A DNA stretch of 58,800 nt, filler included, from 4 parts of 4 records of this genome joined end to end with filler, not necessarily neighbours in it, one strand, 5' to 3'; positions 9,814 through 21,263 are shown, counted from the first letter of the whole stretch. Program-made: numbers and translations. Notes: generated by a model from the letters alone, not told the origin.

Positions 9814-9890
9814 TGGCACACCCGGAGGGAGTCGAACCCCCAACCTCCTGGTCCGTAGCCAGGCACTCTATCCAATTGAGCTACGGGTGC
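9814..9890 (-). tRNA. tRNA-Arg(ACG)
   Basis: Reverse complement GCACCCGTAGCTCAATTGGATAGAGTGCCTGGCTACGGACCAGGAGGTTGGGGGTTCGACTCCCTCCGGGTGTGCCA. Confidence 0.97.
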
Positions 9891-9903
9891 ACTAAAAATG
9901 TAA

Positions 9904-9932
9904 ATCCTAATTTATAAATCAAACTCAGGCAA
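9904..9932 (-). promoter_or_regulatory. sigma70-like promoter of tRNA-Arg
   Basis: Minus strand TTGCCT-N17-TAGGAT, 13 nt upstream of the tRNA. Confidence 0.45.
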
Positions 9933-9952
9933 GCTTAAAGCCTAGGATCAGG

Positions 9953-11191
9953 CTATACTCTTTTGAATACTAGAGAGGCATTATGCCCACCAAAGCCAGA
10001 ATTATTACTCATGGCAACATTCACTTGATGATCACGAGCTTCATTCGGGATATAATCTAAATCACAATCAGGGTCGGGAGTGTCTAAATTGATTGTTGGA
10101 GCGAGCACATTTTCTTCAATCGTCTTACATACTGCTGCTGCCTCAATTGCACCTGCAGCACCCAATAAATGGCCGGTCATAGATTTGGTAGAACTTACGC
10201 ATAATCCATTTTTCGCGTAGTCTCCAAATACATTCTTTAAAGCCACTGTTTCAGAACGGTCATTGTATGGTGTTGATGTACCGTGTGCGTTTACATACGC
10301 GACATCTTCCTTGGACACTTTTGCCTCCTCCAATGCTTGATTCATACATTTCGTGAGTGCTTTACTCTCTGTGTCAGGAGTAGTAACATGAAATGCATCG
10401 CAGGTGGCAGAATAACCAACAATTTCTGCGTAAATTCGAGCCCCCCTTTTTTCGGCATGGTCTTTAGTTTCTAAAACCAACACACCAGCACCCTCCCCCA
10501 TCACAAATCCATCGCGGTCTGCGTCAAAAGGCCTGGATGCACGAGAGGGTTCACTATTGAATTTGGTACTCATCGCCTTCATTGATGAGAATCCAGCAAA
10601 GCCTATTCGAGTAACAGCTGCTTCACTTCCTCCGGCAAAAATCACATCTGCTAATCCACGCTGCATCATGTGAAAAGCTTCACCTATGGCATGGGATCCA
10701 GATGCACATGCACTCACCACCGAAAAATTCGGCCCTTGTGCTCCAAGGTCGATCGCAATTACTCCTCCGGCAATATTGGCGATCAAGGAAGGAATCATAA
10801 ATGGAGAAACTCGACGGGGCCCTCTTTCAATAAGGGTTGTCATTTGTTTCTCGATGGTCTCCATTCCACCAATCCCCGAACCGACAAGTACACCAGTTCT
10901 ATCTGGCACTAAGGTATCCTTGGATAGATTAGAGTCTGCTAATGCAAAACGGGACGCGGCCAATGCCAAATGTGTATACCGATCATTTCTCCGAACTTCC
11001 TTCGGGTCCATGAAGTCTTCCGCATTAAAATCCGTAACCTCCGAAGCGACTTGGCTTGCAATATCCCCCGCTTCAAAACGGGTTACTCTAGTAATTCCTG
11101 ACTTACCTGCTTTGAGAGAATTCCAAAAATCATCAATTCCATTTCCAAGGGATGATACTACACCAACACCTGTTACTACTACTCGGTTCAT
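9953..11191 (-). CDS. fabF: 3-oxoacyl-ACP synthase II
   Basis: SACASG, NAHGTST, KSMTGHLLGAAG and GFGGHN motifs. Follows acpP. Confidence 0.96.
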   Translation of the reverse strand: MNRVVVTGVGVVSSLGNGIDDFWNSLKAGKSGITRVTRFEAGDIASQVASEVTDFNAEDFMDPKEVRRNDRYTHLALAASRFALADSNLSKDTLVPDRTGVLVGSGIGGMETIEKQMTTLIERGPRRVSPFMIPSLIANIAGGVIAIDLGAQGPNFSVVSACASGSHAIGEAFHMMQRGLADVIFAGGSEAAVTRIGFAGFSSMKAMSTKFNSEPSRASRPFDADRDGFVMGEGAGVLVLETKDHAEKRGARIYAEIVGYSATCDAFHVTTPDTESKALTKCMNQALEEAKVSKEDVAYVNAHGTSTPYNDRSETVALKNVFGDYAKNGLCVSSTKSMTGHLLGAAGAIEAAAVCKTIEENVLAPTINLDTPDPDCDLDYIPNEARDHQVNVAMSNNSGFGGHNASLVFKRV

Positions 11192-11245
11192 GACTAGTTA
11201 AGAATTAAGCGAGCGAATAAAAAAAGACCCGCCATGTAAAGAGAA

Positions 11246-11488
11246 TTAAGAGGATAGATTCTTCTCAACATATTCGATAACAGCTCCAACCGATTGGAGC
11301 TTTTCTGCCGCTTCCTCAGGAATTTCTGTACCAAACTCTTCCTCAAGAGCCATAACTAATTCAACTTGATCAAGCGAGTCTGCACCTAAGTCGTCTATAA
11401 AACTGGCCTCCGGAGTAACTTGCTCTTCACTTACATTGAGCTGGCTAATAATAATTTTCTTTACGCGATCGGCGTTATTTTCTGACAT
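11246..11488 (-). CDS. acpP: acyl carrier protein
   Basis: [20 protein letters not shown]. Confidence 0.97.
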   Translation of the reverse strand: MSENNADRVKKIIISQLNVSEEQVTPEASFIDDLGADSLDQVELVMALEEEFGTEIPEEAAEKLQSVGAVIEYVEKNLSS

Positions 11489-11527
11489 AATTTTTTACTG
11501 GGTTTAAAATTTAACATTATCTCTTGT

Positions 11528-12277
11528 TCACATCACCATGCCTCCGTCAACCGTAAAAACTTGGCCGGTAACATAGGATGCCTTTTCTGAGGATAAAAAG
11601 GAAGCCATTTCTGCAATATCCTCCACTTTTCCAAATCTTTTTAATGGGACGGTGCTTAAAGCAACTTCTTTGACTCGTTCATCCAACCCGGATGTCATGT
11701 CAGTGTCAATAAAACCAGGTGCAATTGCATTAACTGTAACCGAACGCGCCGCAAATTCACGCGCCAAACTTTTTGTTAAACCGATCATGCCGGCTTTGGC
11801 AGCTGCGTAATTGGCCTGGCCCGCATTCCCGGTCAACCCAACGACTGAAGAAATATTAATAATGCGCCCCCACCTTTTCCTGGTCATTGGCCGGCCCAAT
11901 GCTTTTATCCAATGGAAACAACTGTTTAAATTAGTATTAATCACATCCATCCAGTCGCCTTCGTCCATTCGAAAGAGAAGATTATCTCTAGTGATTCCGG
12001 CATTATTTACCAGTACATCAACGCATTCATGTTTTTCTAAAATCTGCTCACATGCCTTTCGGATCTCTTCTCCAGAAGAAACATCCACTGCTAGTGCTTC
12101 AGCTAAACCGCCATTCTCTTTGATACTTTCAGCAGCACCACCACAAGAAGATGCTGATTTGCTCACGCAAATGACATGCATTCCATCTCTGGCAAGAGAT
12201 TCCGCGATCGTTCGACCGATTCCACGGCCCGCACCCGTTACGAGAGCAATTTTAGATTTTGTATTTTCTTCACTCAT
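11528..12277 (-). CDS. fabG: 3-oxoacyl-ACP reductase
   Basis: TGAGRGIG, NNAGITRD, YAAAK, and fabG-acpP-fabF order. Confidence 0.96.
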   Translation of the reverse strand: MSEENTKSKIALVTGAGRGIGRTIAESLARDGMHVICVSKSASSCGGAAESIKENGGLAEALAVDVSSGEEIRKACEQILEKHECVDVLVNNAGITRDNLLFRMDEGDWMDVINTNLNSCFHWIKALGRPMTRKRWGRIINISSVVGLTGNAGQANYAAAKAGMIGLTKSLAREFAARSVTVNAIAPGFIDTDMTSGLDERVKEVALSTVPLKRFGKVEDIAEMASFLSSEKASYVTGQVFTVDGGMVM

Positions 12278-12383
12278 ATGTTTTTAATAGTACTTTACCC
12301 ATTTAATTGGGATACCACTATCAACAATTGCTAAAATCCTTTGCGTAAAGCAACACACAAGTTCAAAACTTGAAAAAAGACGG

Positions 12384-12708
12384 ATGAATTCTACAAACTC
12401 ACAACGACCCAAATTACAAAAATTTCTTGCTGACGCAGGGCTTTGCTCACGAAGGAAAGGAGAGGAATGGATTATGGATGGTCTCGTTACAATCAATGGT
12501 GTCGATGCAAAGTTGGGAGAACGAGTCACCCCGAATGCAGATATTGTAAAGGTAAATGGTAAAAGAGTTCAGGTAAAAAACCTTCCTAAAATTACCTTGC
12601 TTGTAAATAAACCAAAAGGATTTGTCTGCTCCAACGAAGACGGACATGCAGATCGCCTTATTTTCGAACTTCTAGAATCAAAATATCGGTCGGTTCGTTT
12701 ATTTTGTG
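12384..12708 (+). CDS. rluB: RsuA/RluB-family rRNA pseudouridine synthase (3'-truncated)
   Basis: S4 domain LQKFLADAGLCSRR and NKPKG. Cut by the linker. Confidence 0.8.
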
Positions 12709-12808
12709 NNNNNNNNNNNNNNNNNNNNNNNNNNNNNNNNNNNNNNNNNNNNTTAATTAATTAANNNNNNNNNNNNNNNNNNNNNNNNNNNNNNNNNNNN
12801 NNNNNNNN
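12709..12808. other. artificial contig linker
   Basis: 44 N + TTAATTAATTAA (stops in all six frames) + 44 N. Confidence 0.99.
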
Positions 12809-13785
12809 TTTTCATTTAATATTTTTAAAGTTCTCTTAAGGTCATTTTTTTGAACAGTAAATGTGAAGTCAGTCAGCCCATCTTGACCCAAATTTTGAAT
12901 GATTACATCAACATCAATATTCGCTTCAGCAATAGGACCTAAAATTTGATATGCAATACCCGGCATATCTGGGACCCCAAGAATATTGACCTCAGCTTCG
13001 TCCCTATTGAAAGCAATTCCTGAAATAATTGGATCTTCCATATTCTTTTTTTCCTCAAAATTAATTTCTGTACCATCATTATTCGGTGAAAAGCTTGATA
13101 AAACTCTGAGCTTCACTTTATATTTGCCTGCAAATTCAACTGATCTTGTTTGTAAGACTTTTGAGCCAAGGCTGGCCATTTCTAACATTTCCTCAAAGTT
13201 GACTGATTTAAGTTTTTTTGCCTCAGGGACTACTCTGGGGTCTGTTGTATAAATTCCATCAACATCTGTATAGATTTGACACTCCTCAGCTTTAAGAGCA
13301 GCTGCAAGAGCTACTGCGGTTGTATCTGAACCACCACGACCAAGAGTTGTGATATTTCCTTTTTTATCTACCCCTTGAAACCCGGCAACAACGGCAATAA
13401 AACCATTTTTCAAATCTTTTTTTAGATTTGTGTCTTCGATATTTAAAATTCTTGCCTTACTGTGTGCTCCATCAGTTTCAATTTTTACTTGGTGGCCTGA
13501 GTAACTTTTAGATTTAAATCCTAGATTAATTAGGGCCATTGCCATTAATCCACTTGTAACTTGTTCACCGGTTGAAACAATAGAATCATATTCTCTTAAC
13601 TCAGGGCTTGGCATCATTTCTTCACATAGCTTGATTAGTTTGTTAGTCTCGCCTGACATAGCTGACACCACTAAAACCACTTGATGGCCTTGGTTATAAG
13701 TTTTTATTGCTATATTAGCTGCTGCCTTAATCCTTTCAGGATTAGCTACCGATGTACCACCAAATTTTTGTACGATAATGCTCAT
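12809..13785 (-). CDS. lysC: aspartate kinase (3'-truncated)
   Basis: QKFGGTS, TLGRGGSD, TDVDG and start of an ACT domain. Confidence 0.95.
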
Positions 13786-13798
13786 TTTTTAAGATATT

Positions 13799-16432
13799 TT
13801 ATTTGCTTAGACTTGTTTGAACGAGTTTGAACGCTTCATGAACTAGTTTTGTATTTGTACCACCTGCCATTGCCATATTTTTTCTACCTCCACCTTTGCC
13901 ACCAACTTTCTCTCCAAGAGTTTTAGCAATGGTTCCTGCATCAATTTTATCTGTAAGGTTATCTGTGACCCCAACAGCAAAACTTACATTCGAGTCGTTT
14001 ACTGAGGCTAGTATTATAACTGCTGTTTGGAGTTTTTGTTTTAATTTATCAATCATCCCTCTCAATTCATTAGGCCCTTGCTCATTAATAACCTCATTCA
14101 AATAATTAAAATCATTTATTTTGATAGCTTTTGAAATTAATTCGTCGGTCTGATTAAGTGCCAGTTGAGATTTGAGTTGGTTTTGTATTTTTTCATTATC
14201 TTTTATCTGAGTCAGAATGCTGGTAATTTTTGATGGTATTTCCATGGTATTTGTATTTAAATCTTTAGAAATCTTATTTAATAACTCTGTTTGTTCATTC
14301 AAAAGATTCATTAGGTTGTAGCCAGAAACACCTTCAATCCTTCTGACTCCAGATGCCACTCCAGATTCAGAATAGATTTTAAAGAGACCTATATCACCAG
14401 TACTTTCGACGTGTGTACCACCACATAATTCAATGCTATTTCCAATAGTTAGTACACGTACATCTGAATCATATTTTTCACCAAAAAGCATTAATGCTCC
14501 TGATTCTTTTGCTTGATCTATAGCCATCATTTCGGTATTTGTTCTTTTATTCAATAAAATTTCATTATTGACTATAGTCTCAACTTCATTTAGCTCTTCA
14601 TTTGAAATAGGTTTCGTATGTGAAAAATCGAACCTCGTTTTAAGATTATCAACAAGCGAACCCTTTTGCTCAACGTGATCACCAAGTACAATTTTTAAAG
14701 CCTTATGGAGTAGGTGGGTAACTGAATGATTTCGCTTAATATGATTTCTTCTCTCGATGTCAATTTGAGCTTTAATTTTTTGATTTATTCTAAAAGATCC
14801 AGATTTAACCTTACCAATGTGCCCATATACATTTTTTTTAATTTTAATCGTATCTTGGACAGTAAACTGATCATTCTCAGACTCAATTACCCCTTGATCA
14901 CCCACTTGACCACCAGATTCTGCATAAAAAGGTGTTTTATCTAGAATAAGTATAGCTTCATCTTTACTGTTGATTTCATCTACTTCGACATCATTTTTGT
15001 AGATTGCTAAAATTTTAGATGAAGAGTTATTTTCCTTATAGCCCAGGAATTCTGTTTCTTTGCCTTCGTAAGTTAGGGTTTTAATTTGTTTGAATTTACC
15101 TGATTCTCGTGCCATAGTTTTTTGAGATTTCATTGAAATTTCAAATGTTTTTATGTCAACGTCAATCTTATTTTCTCGGCAAATGTCGGCAGTTAAATCC
15201 AGAGGGAAGCCATAAGTGTCATGCAATTTAAAAGCAATCTCACCGTCAAGCATTTTTAAATTTTTATTTTGAGTCTCTTTTATAGCATTATCAAGAATAG
15301 ACATGCCATTCTCGATGGTAACAAAGAAACGCTCCTCTTCTAAAAATATTTCCTTTTCGATAGATTTTATTTTGGAATTTGTTACATTTTTATCGTCATC
15401 CATAAGCTTTAAAACAAAAGGTACTAGCTTATTAAAGAAAGGTTTCTTACAACCCAGTTTATAGCCGTGCCTAATAGCTCTTCGAATAATTCTTCTTAAA
15501 ACATAACCCCTTCCTTCATTTGCAGGTAACACCCCATCTCTTATGAGATAGGTGGATGTTCTAATGTGATCTGCAATTACCTTGAGTGAATTATGATTTA
15601 AATCTTTAGTGTTAGTAATATTGCCTATCTCAGCAATTAATTTTTTAAATAAATCAATCTCATAGTTTGAATGGACATCCTGAAGAACTGCTGAAATTCT
15701 CTCCAAACCCATTCCTGTATCTACTGATGGCTTTGGTAGAAGATTCATTTTTCCAAATTCATCACGGTTGTATTGCATAAAAACTAAATTCCAGATCTCT
15801 ATGAAACGGTCACCATCCTCATCTTTTGATCCAGGGGGGCCTCCAAAATAATCTTCACCGTGGTCATAGAAGATCTCACTGCAAGGACCACATGGTCCGG
15901 TATCTCCCATCATCCAAAAATTATCTGAAGCATATTTACTTCCTTTATTATCTCCAATAAGAATAATTTTATCTTTCGGTAAATTTATTTCATTTGACCA
16001 AATTTCGAAAGCCTCTTTATCCTCTTTATATACCGTGACCGATAATTTTGAAGATGGTATTTTATAGACCTCTGTTAATAACTCCCAGGCAAATGTGATA
16101 GCTTCTTTTTTAAAGTAATCACCAAAACTAAAATTACCGAGCATTTCAAAAAAAGTTAGATGTCTTGCTGTATAGCCAACATTCTCTAAATCATTATGCT
16201 TTCCTCCTGCTCTTACGCAGCGTTGACTGGATGTTGCACGCAAATAACTTTTTTTCTCATTTCCTAAGAAAATTTCTTTAAATTGGTTCATACCCGCATT
16301 TGTGAAAAGTAATGTCGGGTCGTCATGAGGTAATAAGCTTGAAGAGGGAACAATTTCATGGCCTTTTGAGGCAAAAAAATCTAGAAATTTATTTCTAATT
16401 TCTTTTTCAGTTAAGATGATTTTATTTTTCAT
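13799..16432 (-). CDS. alaS: alanine--tRNA ligase
   Basis: LLFTNAGM, DTGMGLER, HxxxH and ELCGGTH editing motifs, GGKGGG. Confidence 0.98.
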   Translation of the reverse strand: MKNKIILTEKEIRNKFLDFFASKGHEIVPSSSLLPHDDPTLLFTNAGMNQFKEIFLGNEKKSYLRATSSQRCVRAGGKHNDLENVGYTARHLTFFEMLGNFSFGDYFKKEAITFAWELLTEVYKIPSSKLSVTVYKEDKEAFEIWSNEINLPKDKIILIGDNKGSKYASDNFWMMGDTGPCGPCSEIFYDHGEDYFGGPPGSKDEDGDRFIEIWNLVFMQYNRDEFGKMNLLPKPSVDTGMGLERISAVLQDVHSNYEIDLFKKLIAEIGNITNTKDLNHNSLKVIADHIRTSTYLIRDGVLPANEGRGYVLRRIIRRAIRHGYKLGCKKPFFNKLVPFVLKLMDDDKNVTNSKIKSIEKEIFLEEERFFVTIENGMSILDNAIKETQNKNLKMLDGEIAFKLHDTYGFPLDLTADICRENKIDVDIKTFEISMKSQKTMARESGKFKQIKTLTYEGKETEFLGYKENNSSSKILAIYKNDVEVDEINSKDEAILILDKTPFYAESGGQVGDQGVIESENDQFTVQDTIKIKKNVYGHIGKVKSGSFRINQKIKAQIDIERRNHIKRNHSVTHLLHKALKIVLGDHVEQKGSLVDNLKTRFDFSHTKPISNEELNEVETIVNNEILLNKRTNTEMMAIDQAKESGALMLFGEKYDSDVRVLTIGNSIELCGGTHVESTGDIGLFKIYSESGVASGVRRIEGVSGYNLMNLLNEQTELLNKISKDLNTNTMEIPSKITSILTQIKDNEKIQNQLKSQLALNQTDELISKAIKINDFNYLNEVINEQGPNELRGMIDKLKQKLQTAVIILASVNDSNVSFAVGVTDNLTDKIDAGTIAKTLGEKVGGKGGGRKNMAMAGGTNTKLVHEAFKLVQTSLSK

Positions 16433-16435
16433 AGC

Positions 16436-16921
16436 TTAATCAAAACTTTTTCCAGATAAGATTTTTTTAATTAATTCTATGTCAAAACCTCTTCCCTGGA
16501 GAAATCTTATTTGTTTAGCTCTCTCCTCTAATGACTTTGGAGTTTCAGAAAATTTCTTTGACCAAACTTTTTTTGCGAGCGAATAACTCTCTATTTTTAT
16601 TTTGAAGAGCTCATTATTTATAATATCTTCATTAACTCCTCTATTTTTCAATTCGTATCTAATTTTCTCGGCTCCAAATTTACCTTTTTTTGCAAATATA
16701 AATTGCTCTGTGAATCTTTGATCTGATAACCAATTATCACTTTCAAGATCGTTAAGTGTGTCTTTTATATTTTGATTATCAAGTTCAAGTTCTATAGCAT
16801 AAGCATTTATTTTCTTAAATAATTCTAGACGAGAGTATTCTCTTTTGCCTAGATAATAAAGTGCTCTTTTCTTTAATAAGGTAATATTTTTATCAATATT
16901 ACTTTTCAGATTCTGCATCAT
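16436..16921 (-). CDS. recX: regulatory protein RecX
   Basis: [23 protein letters not shown]. Lies downstream of recA. Confidence 0.92.
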   Translation of the reverse strand: MMQNLKSNIDKNITLLKKRALYYLGKREYSRLELFKKINAYAIELELDNQNIKDTLNDLESDNWLSDQRFTEQFIFAKKGKFGAEKIRYELKNRGVNEDIINNELFKIKIESYSLAKKVWSKKFSETPKSLEERAKQIRFLQGRGFDIELIKKILSGKSFD

Positions 16922-17945
16922 CCTCAGGTGTTGTATCTTCTATTTCAATTTCTGCTGAAATACTTGATTTATCCCTAACTTGATTTTCAATATCTTTAGA
17001 TATTTCTGGATTATCTTTAAGGAAATCTCTGACATTATCTTTACCTTGACCAATTTTATCGCCATTATAGCTGTACCATGAACCTGACTTTTCTATGATG
17101 TTTAATTTAACTGCCTGATCTATAATTTCGCCTTCTAACGAGATGCCTTCCCCATAAAGCATATCAAATTCAGCCTTTCTAAATGGCGGCGCAACTTTGT
17201 TTTTAACAACCTTAACTCTTGTTTCAGCACCAATGACTTCATCATCTTTTTTAATTGCGCCTATTCTTCTTATATCAAGCCTGACAGAAGCGTAAAATTT
17301 GAGTGCATTTCCACCTGTAGTTGTTTCTGGATTGCCAAACATAACACCAATTTTCATTCTAAGCTGGTTGATAAAGATGACCATAGTATTTGTTTTTTTA
17401 ATATTGCTTGTTAATTTTCTTAATGCCTGTGACATAAGCCTAGCTTGTAAGCCCATATGAGAGTCACCCATATCCCCTTCTATTTCTGCTCGAGGCGTTA
17501 ATGCAGCAACAGAATCTACGACAACAATGTCAACGGAACCACTTCTAACAAGCATGTCCGCAATTTCAAGTGCTTGCTCGCCCGTATCTGGTTGTGAAAC
17601 AAGTAATTCCTCAATATTTACCCCAAGTTTTGCTGCATATTGGATATCAAGTGCGTGTTCAGCATCTATAAAAGCAGCTGTACCCCCTACTTTCTGCATT
17701 TGAGCAATCACTGAGAGTGTAAGCGAAGTTTTTCCTGAAGACTCTGGACCATATATTTCAATGACACGTCCTCTCGGCAAACCACCAATTCCAAGTGCGA
17801 TATCAAGTCCCAATGAGCCAGTTGAGACTGATTGGATGTCTTCGACGACTGAGGTGTCATCCATTCTCATTACTGAACCTTTTCCATACTGTTTATCTAT
17901 TTGCGCAAGAGCTGCATCTAGGGCTTTTCTTTTATTTTCATCCAT
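16899..17945 (-). CDS. recA: recombinase RecA
   Basis: [27 protein letters not shown]. Confidence 0.99.
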   Translation of the reverse strand: MDENKRKALDAALAQIDKQYGKGSVMRMDDTSVVEDIQSVSTGSLGLDIALGIGGLPRGRVIEIYGPESSGKTSLTLSVIAQMQKVGGTAAFIDAEHALDIQYAAKLGVNIEELLVSQPDTGEQALEIADMLVRSGSVDIVVVDSVAALTPRAEIEGDMGDSHMGLQARLMSQALRKLTSNIKKTNTMVIFINQLRMKIGVMFGNPETTTGGNALKFYASVRLDIRRIGAIKKDDEVIGAETRVKVVKNKVAPPFRKAEFDMLYGEGISLEGEIIDQAVKLNIIEKSGSWYSYNGDKIGQGKDNVRDFLKDNPEISKDIENQVRDKSSISAEIEIEDTTPEDDAESEK

Positions 17946-18002
17946 TAAATGGTTACCTTTGATAAGAGTTTTTAATTGTTTTTTATTATTTCATACTTGT
18001 TG

Positions 18003-18491
18003 TTATAACGTAAGGTTCAAGAGTTCATTTAATACAAAAAGTATAGATTCTTCTCTAATTTTCTCTCTTGACCCATTAAACTTTGCTTTATGTTCCAGAA
18101 TTATTTTTTTTTCATTAGCAAAAGCAAAAAAAACAGTTCCTATAGGTTTTTCTATTGATCCACCATCAGGACCAGCAATACCTGTAATGCTTACACTTAA
18201 ATTAGCTTCACTATTTCTTAAAGCCCCTAGTGACATTTCATTGGCAATTTCTTGGCTAACAGCCCCAAAATTATTTAAATTTTTTTCGCTCACGCCTAAT
18301 AAATCTATTTTCGCATTATTGCTGTAGGTTACATAACCTCTATCAAACCAATTAGAGCTCCCAGGTATTTCAGTAAATATTGCTGATAAAAGACCACCTG
18401 TGCATGACTCTGCTGTGACAAGATGAATATTCCTTTTAATACATTGATTTGCTAATTTATGAGAAATTATTTTAAGTTTTTTAGAAAACAT
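18003..18491 (-). CDS. cinA: CinA/PncC-family nicotinamide mononucleotide deamidase
   Basis: TAESCTGG, SITGIAGP, KPIGTV. Confidence 0.9.
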   Translation of the reverse strand: MFSKKLKIISHKLANQCIKRNIHLVTAESCTGGLLSAIFTEIPGSSNWFDRGYVTYSNNAKIDLLGVSEKNLNNFGAVSQEIANEMSLGALRNSEANLSVSITGIAGPDGGSIEKPIGTVFFAFANEKKIILEHKAKFNGSREKIREESILFVLNELLNLTL

Positions 18492-18963
18492 ATTTAGTAA
18501 AAATAATCATTATTAACGCCGCATAAAGAGCAGCTGCGATATCATCAATCATGATGCCAAAGCCACCATCAAATTTCTTTTCAAGAATATCAATGGGGAA
18601 CGGTTTAAAAATATCAAATATTCTAAATAATAAAAAGATAAAAAACATCTCAAATAAACTTGGTTTAAAGTAAATTAAAAGAACGAGAAATGCCACTATT
18701 TCATCGATCACAATGCAGGATGGATCTTTAACTTTCATCATGATGCAGGTTTTGTTTGATACATAAATGCCTATAAAAAAAAGAGTTGTTACGAAAAAAT
18801 AATCATAATGTTGAGGGAGTAATTGAGTAAAGTAATATAAGGGTATTGCGACTAATGTTCCAATCGTGCCTGGTGCAAAATTTGCTAAACCTGAACCGAA
18901 TCCCAACGCAATAAATGTGGACTCATTTTTTAAAAGTAATTTATTTATTTTCAAAATGCTCAT
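18481..18963 (-). CDS. pgpA: phosphatidylglycerophosphatase A
   Basis: APGTIGT, IVIDEI, FRIFDIFKP, DDIAA. Confidence 0.95.
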   Translation of the reverse strand: MSILKINKLLLKNESTFIALGFGSGLANFAPGTIGTLVAIPLYYFTQLLPQHYDYFFVTTLFFIGIYVSNKTCIMMKVKDPSCIVIDEIVAFLVLLIYFKPSLFEMFFIFLLFRIFDIFKPFPIDILEKKFDGGFGIMIDDIAAALYAALIMIIFTKYVF

Positions 18964-19885
18964 AACCTTTTTTTAATTTTATCTCTTTATCATCATCATC
19001 CATAACAAGTTTTTTATCTCGAGTCACAAAACCTACCCTTGAAATATCTAATTTATTTTTTTTGATTAATTTTTCTATAGTAGACCGCATTTTTTTTGAT
19101 GCTGTCAGGATTGTTTGATAATCGTCGCCCCCATAAAGAGCTAAATCTACTTTTTTATTTTTTCTTAACCAGTTATTTATTGGAAGATCATCCAGGAAAA
19201 CCTTGGCCCCCACTTTGGAAGCATTTAAAATATGATTTAAGTCAGCTATAAAGCCATCTGAAACATCTATCCCTGCATTACAAAAGGAATGAACCTTTTT
19301 AATAGCAATCATATCTGGCACGGGTTTTTCAAGAGCATCCATAGATTTTTTTGACAATGTACTAGGGGCAGTTATATTTTTTTTTGCTATTTTTAGCCCT
19401 AAAGCTGCAAGCCCAAGCTCTCCTGTGACCCAAATATCATCCCCAATTTTTGCCCCTGATCTAAGCAAAACATTTTTTTTATTAACACTTCCTAAAACAG
19501 TAACATTGATAGATAGGGGACCTTTTGTAGTGTCTCCTCCTATGAGTTCAGCATTGTATAGTTTGCAGCAAGCAAAGAATCCTTGAGAGAATTTTTTAAG
19601 CCATTCACTATTTGATTTTGGGAGGGCAATTGAGAGTAAGGCAAACATAGGAGAAGCACCCATTGATAATATATCAGACACATTGACTGCCATTGCTTTC
19701 CACCCGAGTTTATAAGGATTTGTATTTGGTAAGAAATGAATCTTTTCATTCAGCATGTCTGTTGAAATTGCCCAATAATTATCCTTATCTCTTTCAAATA
19801 ATGCAGCATCGTCACCAATACCCTTGTGAGCTTTCATAGATTTTTTATTAAAGTATTTTTCGATAAGCTCAAATTCAGTTTTCAT
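18941..19885 (-). CDS. thiL: thiamine-monophosphate kinase
   Basis: GIGDDAA, NVSDI, GGDT, DVSDG, GGDDY. Confidence 0.96.
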   Translation of the reverse strand: MKTEFELIEKYFNKKSMKAHKGIGDDAALFERDKDNYWAISTDMLNEKIHFLPNTNPYKLGWKAMAVNVSDILSMGASPMFALLSIALPKSNSEWLKKFSQGFFACCKLYNAELIGGDTTKGPLSINVTVLGSVNKKNVLLRSGAKIGDDIWVTGELGLAALGLKIAKKNITAPSTLSKKSMDALEKPVPDMIAIKKVHSFCNAGIDVSDGFIADLNHILNASKVGAKVFLDDLPINNWLRKNKKVDLALYGGDDYQTILTASKKMRSTIEKLIKKNKLDISRVGFVTRDKKLVMDDDDKEIKLKKGYEHFENK

Positions 19886-20457
19886 TTCTTCTTTGGCCTG
19901 AAAGATCTTACGAATTCTTCCTTTGTTTCAATGTATGGGGCACCAATTAGGTCAAGGCAATAAGCTACTGAAGCAAAAATGCCATGCGTTATTATATTAT
20001 TCTGTTTATCTTTTACACCTTCTAATGTTTCGACAATGGCCTTAGGCTGACCTGGAAGATTAATGATAAGAGTACTTTTTCTAATAACGGCGACTTGCCT
20101 TGATAAGATGGCTGTTGGGACAAAATTTAAGCTAATTTGACGCATTTGCTCACCAAATCCAGGCATCTCTTTGTCGCCAATAGCTAAGGTAGCTTCAGGT
20201 GTTACATCTCTTAAAGCAGGTCCTGTACCACCAGTTGTTAGAATTAATGAACATTTTTTTAAATCACTAAAATCGATTAAAGTACTTTTGATTTTGGCAA
20301 GCTCATCTGGAATGACAATAGATTCCGTATGAAAATTAGTCTTTAAAGTTTTTTTTAGCCAAGCTTCTAATTCAGGTATACCTTTATCTTCGTAGACTCC
20401 AGCGGATGCTCGATCACTAATTGATACTAATCCAATTTTAATGAATTTTTCTTCCAT
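19882..20457 (-). CDS. mog: molybdopterin adenylyltransferase
   Basis: SDRAS, TTGGTG, RDVTPEA, NLPGQPKAI. Confidence 0.95.
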   Translation of the reverse strand: MEEKFIKIGLVSISDRASAGVYEDKGIPELEAWLKKTLKTNFHTESIVIPDELAKIKSTLIDFSDLKKCSLILTTGGTGPALRDVTPEATLAIGDKEMPGFGEQMRQISLNFVPTAILSRQVAVIRKSTLIINLPGQPKAIVETLEGVKDKQNNIITHGIFASVAYCLDLIGAPYIETKEEFVRSFRPKKK

Positions 20458-20512
20458 AGGTATGTCATTATTGTATTAACAAAATCAATTTTATCATTAC
20501 CAAGGGAGTCGT

Positions 20513-21262
20513 ATGAATAAATCCATTTTTAATTTAATTTTTATAGTAGTTTTTTCTATTTCAACAAATTTAGTTGCAGAAGAAAATTTATTTGAAAAAA
20601 ATTACGTTATACAGAGTCCTGAAGGCTTTAAGTCATTTCAACAAACCCCTGATACTAAAATCATGAGGGGTTGGGATAAGGATACTGATAATGTGATGAT
20701 GTTAGAAAATGGATATGACTTTATGGGCTTTTCAGGGTTTGTGAGCACTAACATACCGCCAGCTGTTGCTCTCGAGCATGGTCAAAAAATTAAGGCTGAT
20801 TTAATCCTAATTTATGACAGACAAATCAATCAAGGGGATAGAGCTTCAAAATTTAAACAGGCAAGAAGAAAAGCGATTGAAGAAAAGCGAGTCAAAGATT
20901 TCGGGAAGGTAACTGAAATTGAAATAACTGAAGAAGACTTAGTTGATGCCAATGTAATGTATGACTTTTACGCATCCTACTGGGTTAAACTTCCAAAGCC
21001 AACGTTCGGGACCCATTTTATTGAGCTTGGCCAAGGTGAAAACAGAGAGAACGCCGAGGGCGTTCAGGTGATTGCCGTTATCAAAGGATCTGCAGCTGCA
21101 AAGGCTGGAATAATGAGAAATGACAGCATTATTTCAATTAATGGTCAAAAAGTATCAACCCCTGATGAATTAATATCTCTGATTAGACAAAATAAAGGCA
21201 CCGATATTGATGTTGGCTATATGAGGAATGGTAAAGCCTCTCAAACAGTTGCAAGCATTTAA
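20513..21262 (+). CDS. exported PDZ-domain protein
   Basis: Signal peptide and C-terminal PDZ (VIAVIKGSAAAKAGIMRNDSIISING). Confidence 0.8.
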   Translation: MNKSIFNLIFIVVFSISTNLVAEENLFEKNYVIQSPEGFKSFQQTPDTKIMRGWDKDTDNVMMLENGYDFMGFSGFVSTNIPPAVALEHGQKIKADLILIYDRQINQGDRASKFKQARRKAIEEKRVKDFGKVTEIEITEEDLVDANVMYDFYASYWVKLPKPTFGTHFIELGQGENRENAEGVQVIAVIKGSAAAKAGIMRNDSIISINGQKVSTPDELISLIRQNKGTDIDVGYMRNGKASQTVASI

Positions 21263-21263
21263 C

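Noticed and set aside
10686-12287. Long antisense ORFs opposite fabF and fabG (also 17761-18327 opposite recA/cinA and 8330-8800)
   Set aside because: These are shadow frames of well-supported genes with no protein motifs.
12753-12764. TTAATTAATTAA repeated three times in the window as a biological repeat
   Set aside because: It is always centred in 44+44 N, so it is an artificial six-frame stop linker.
17946-18002. LexA box upstream of recA
   Set aside because: No CTGT-N8-ACAG is found in the intergenic region.
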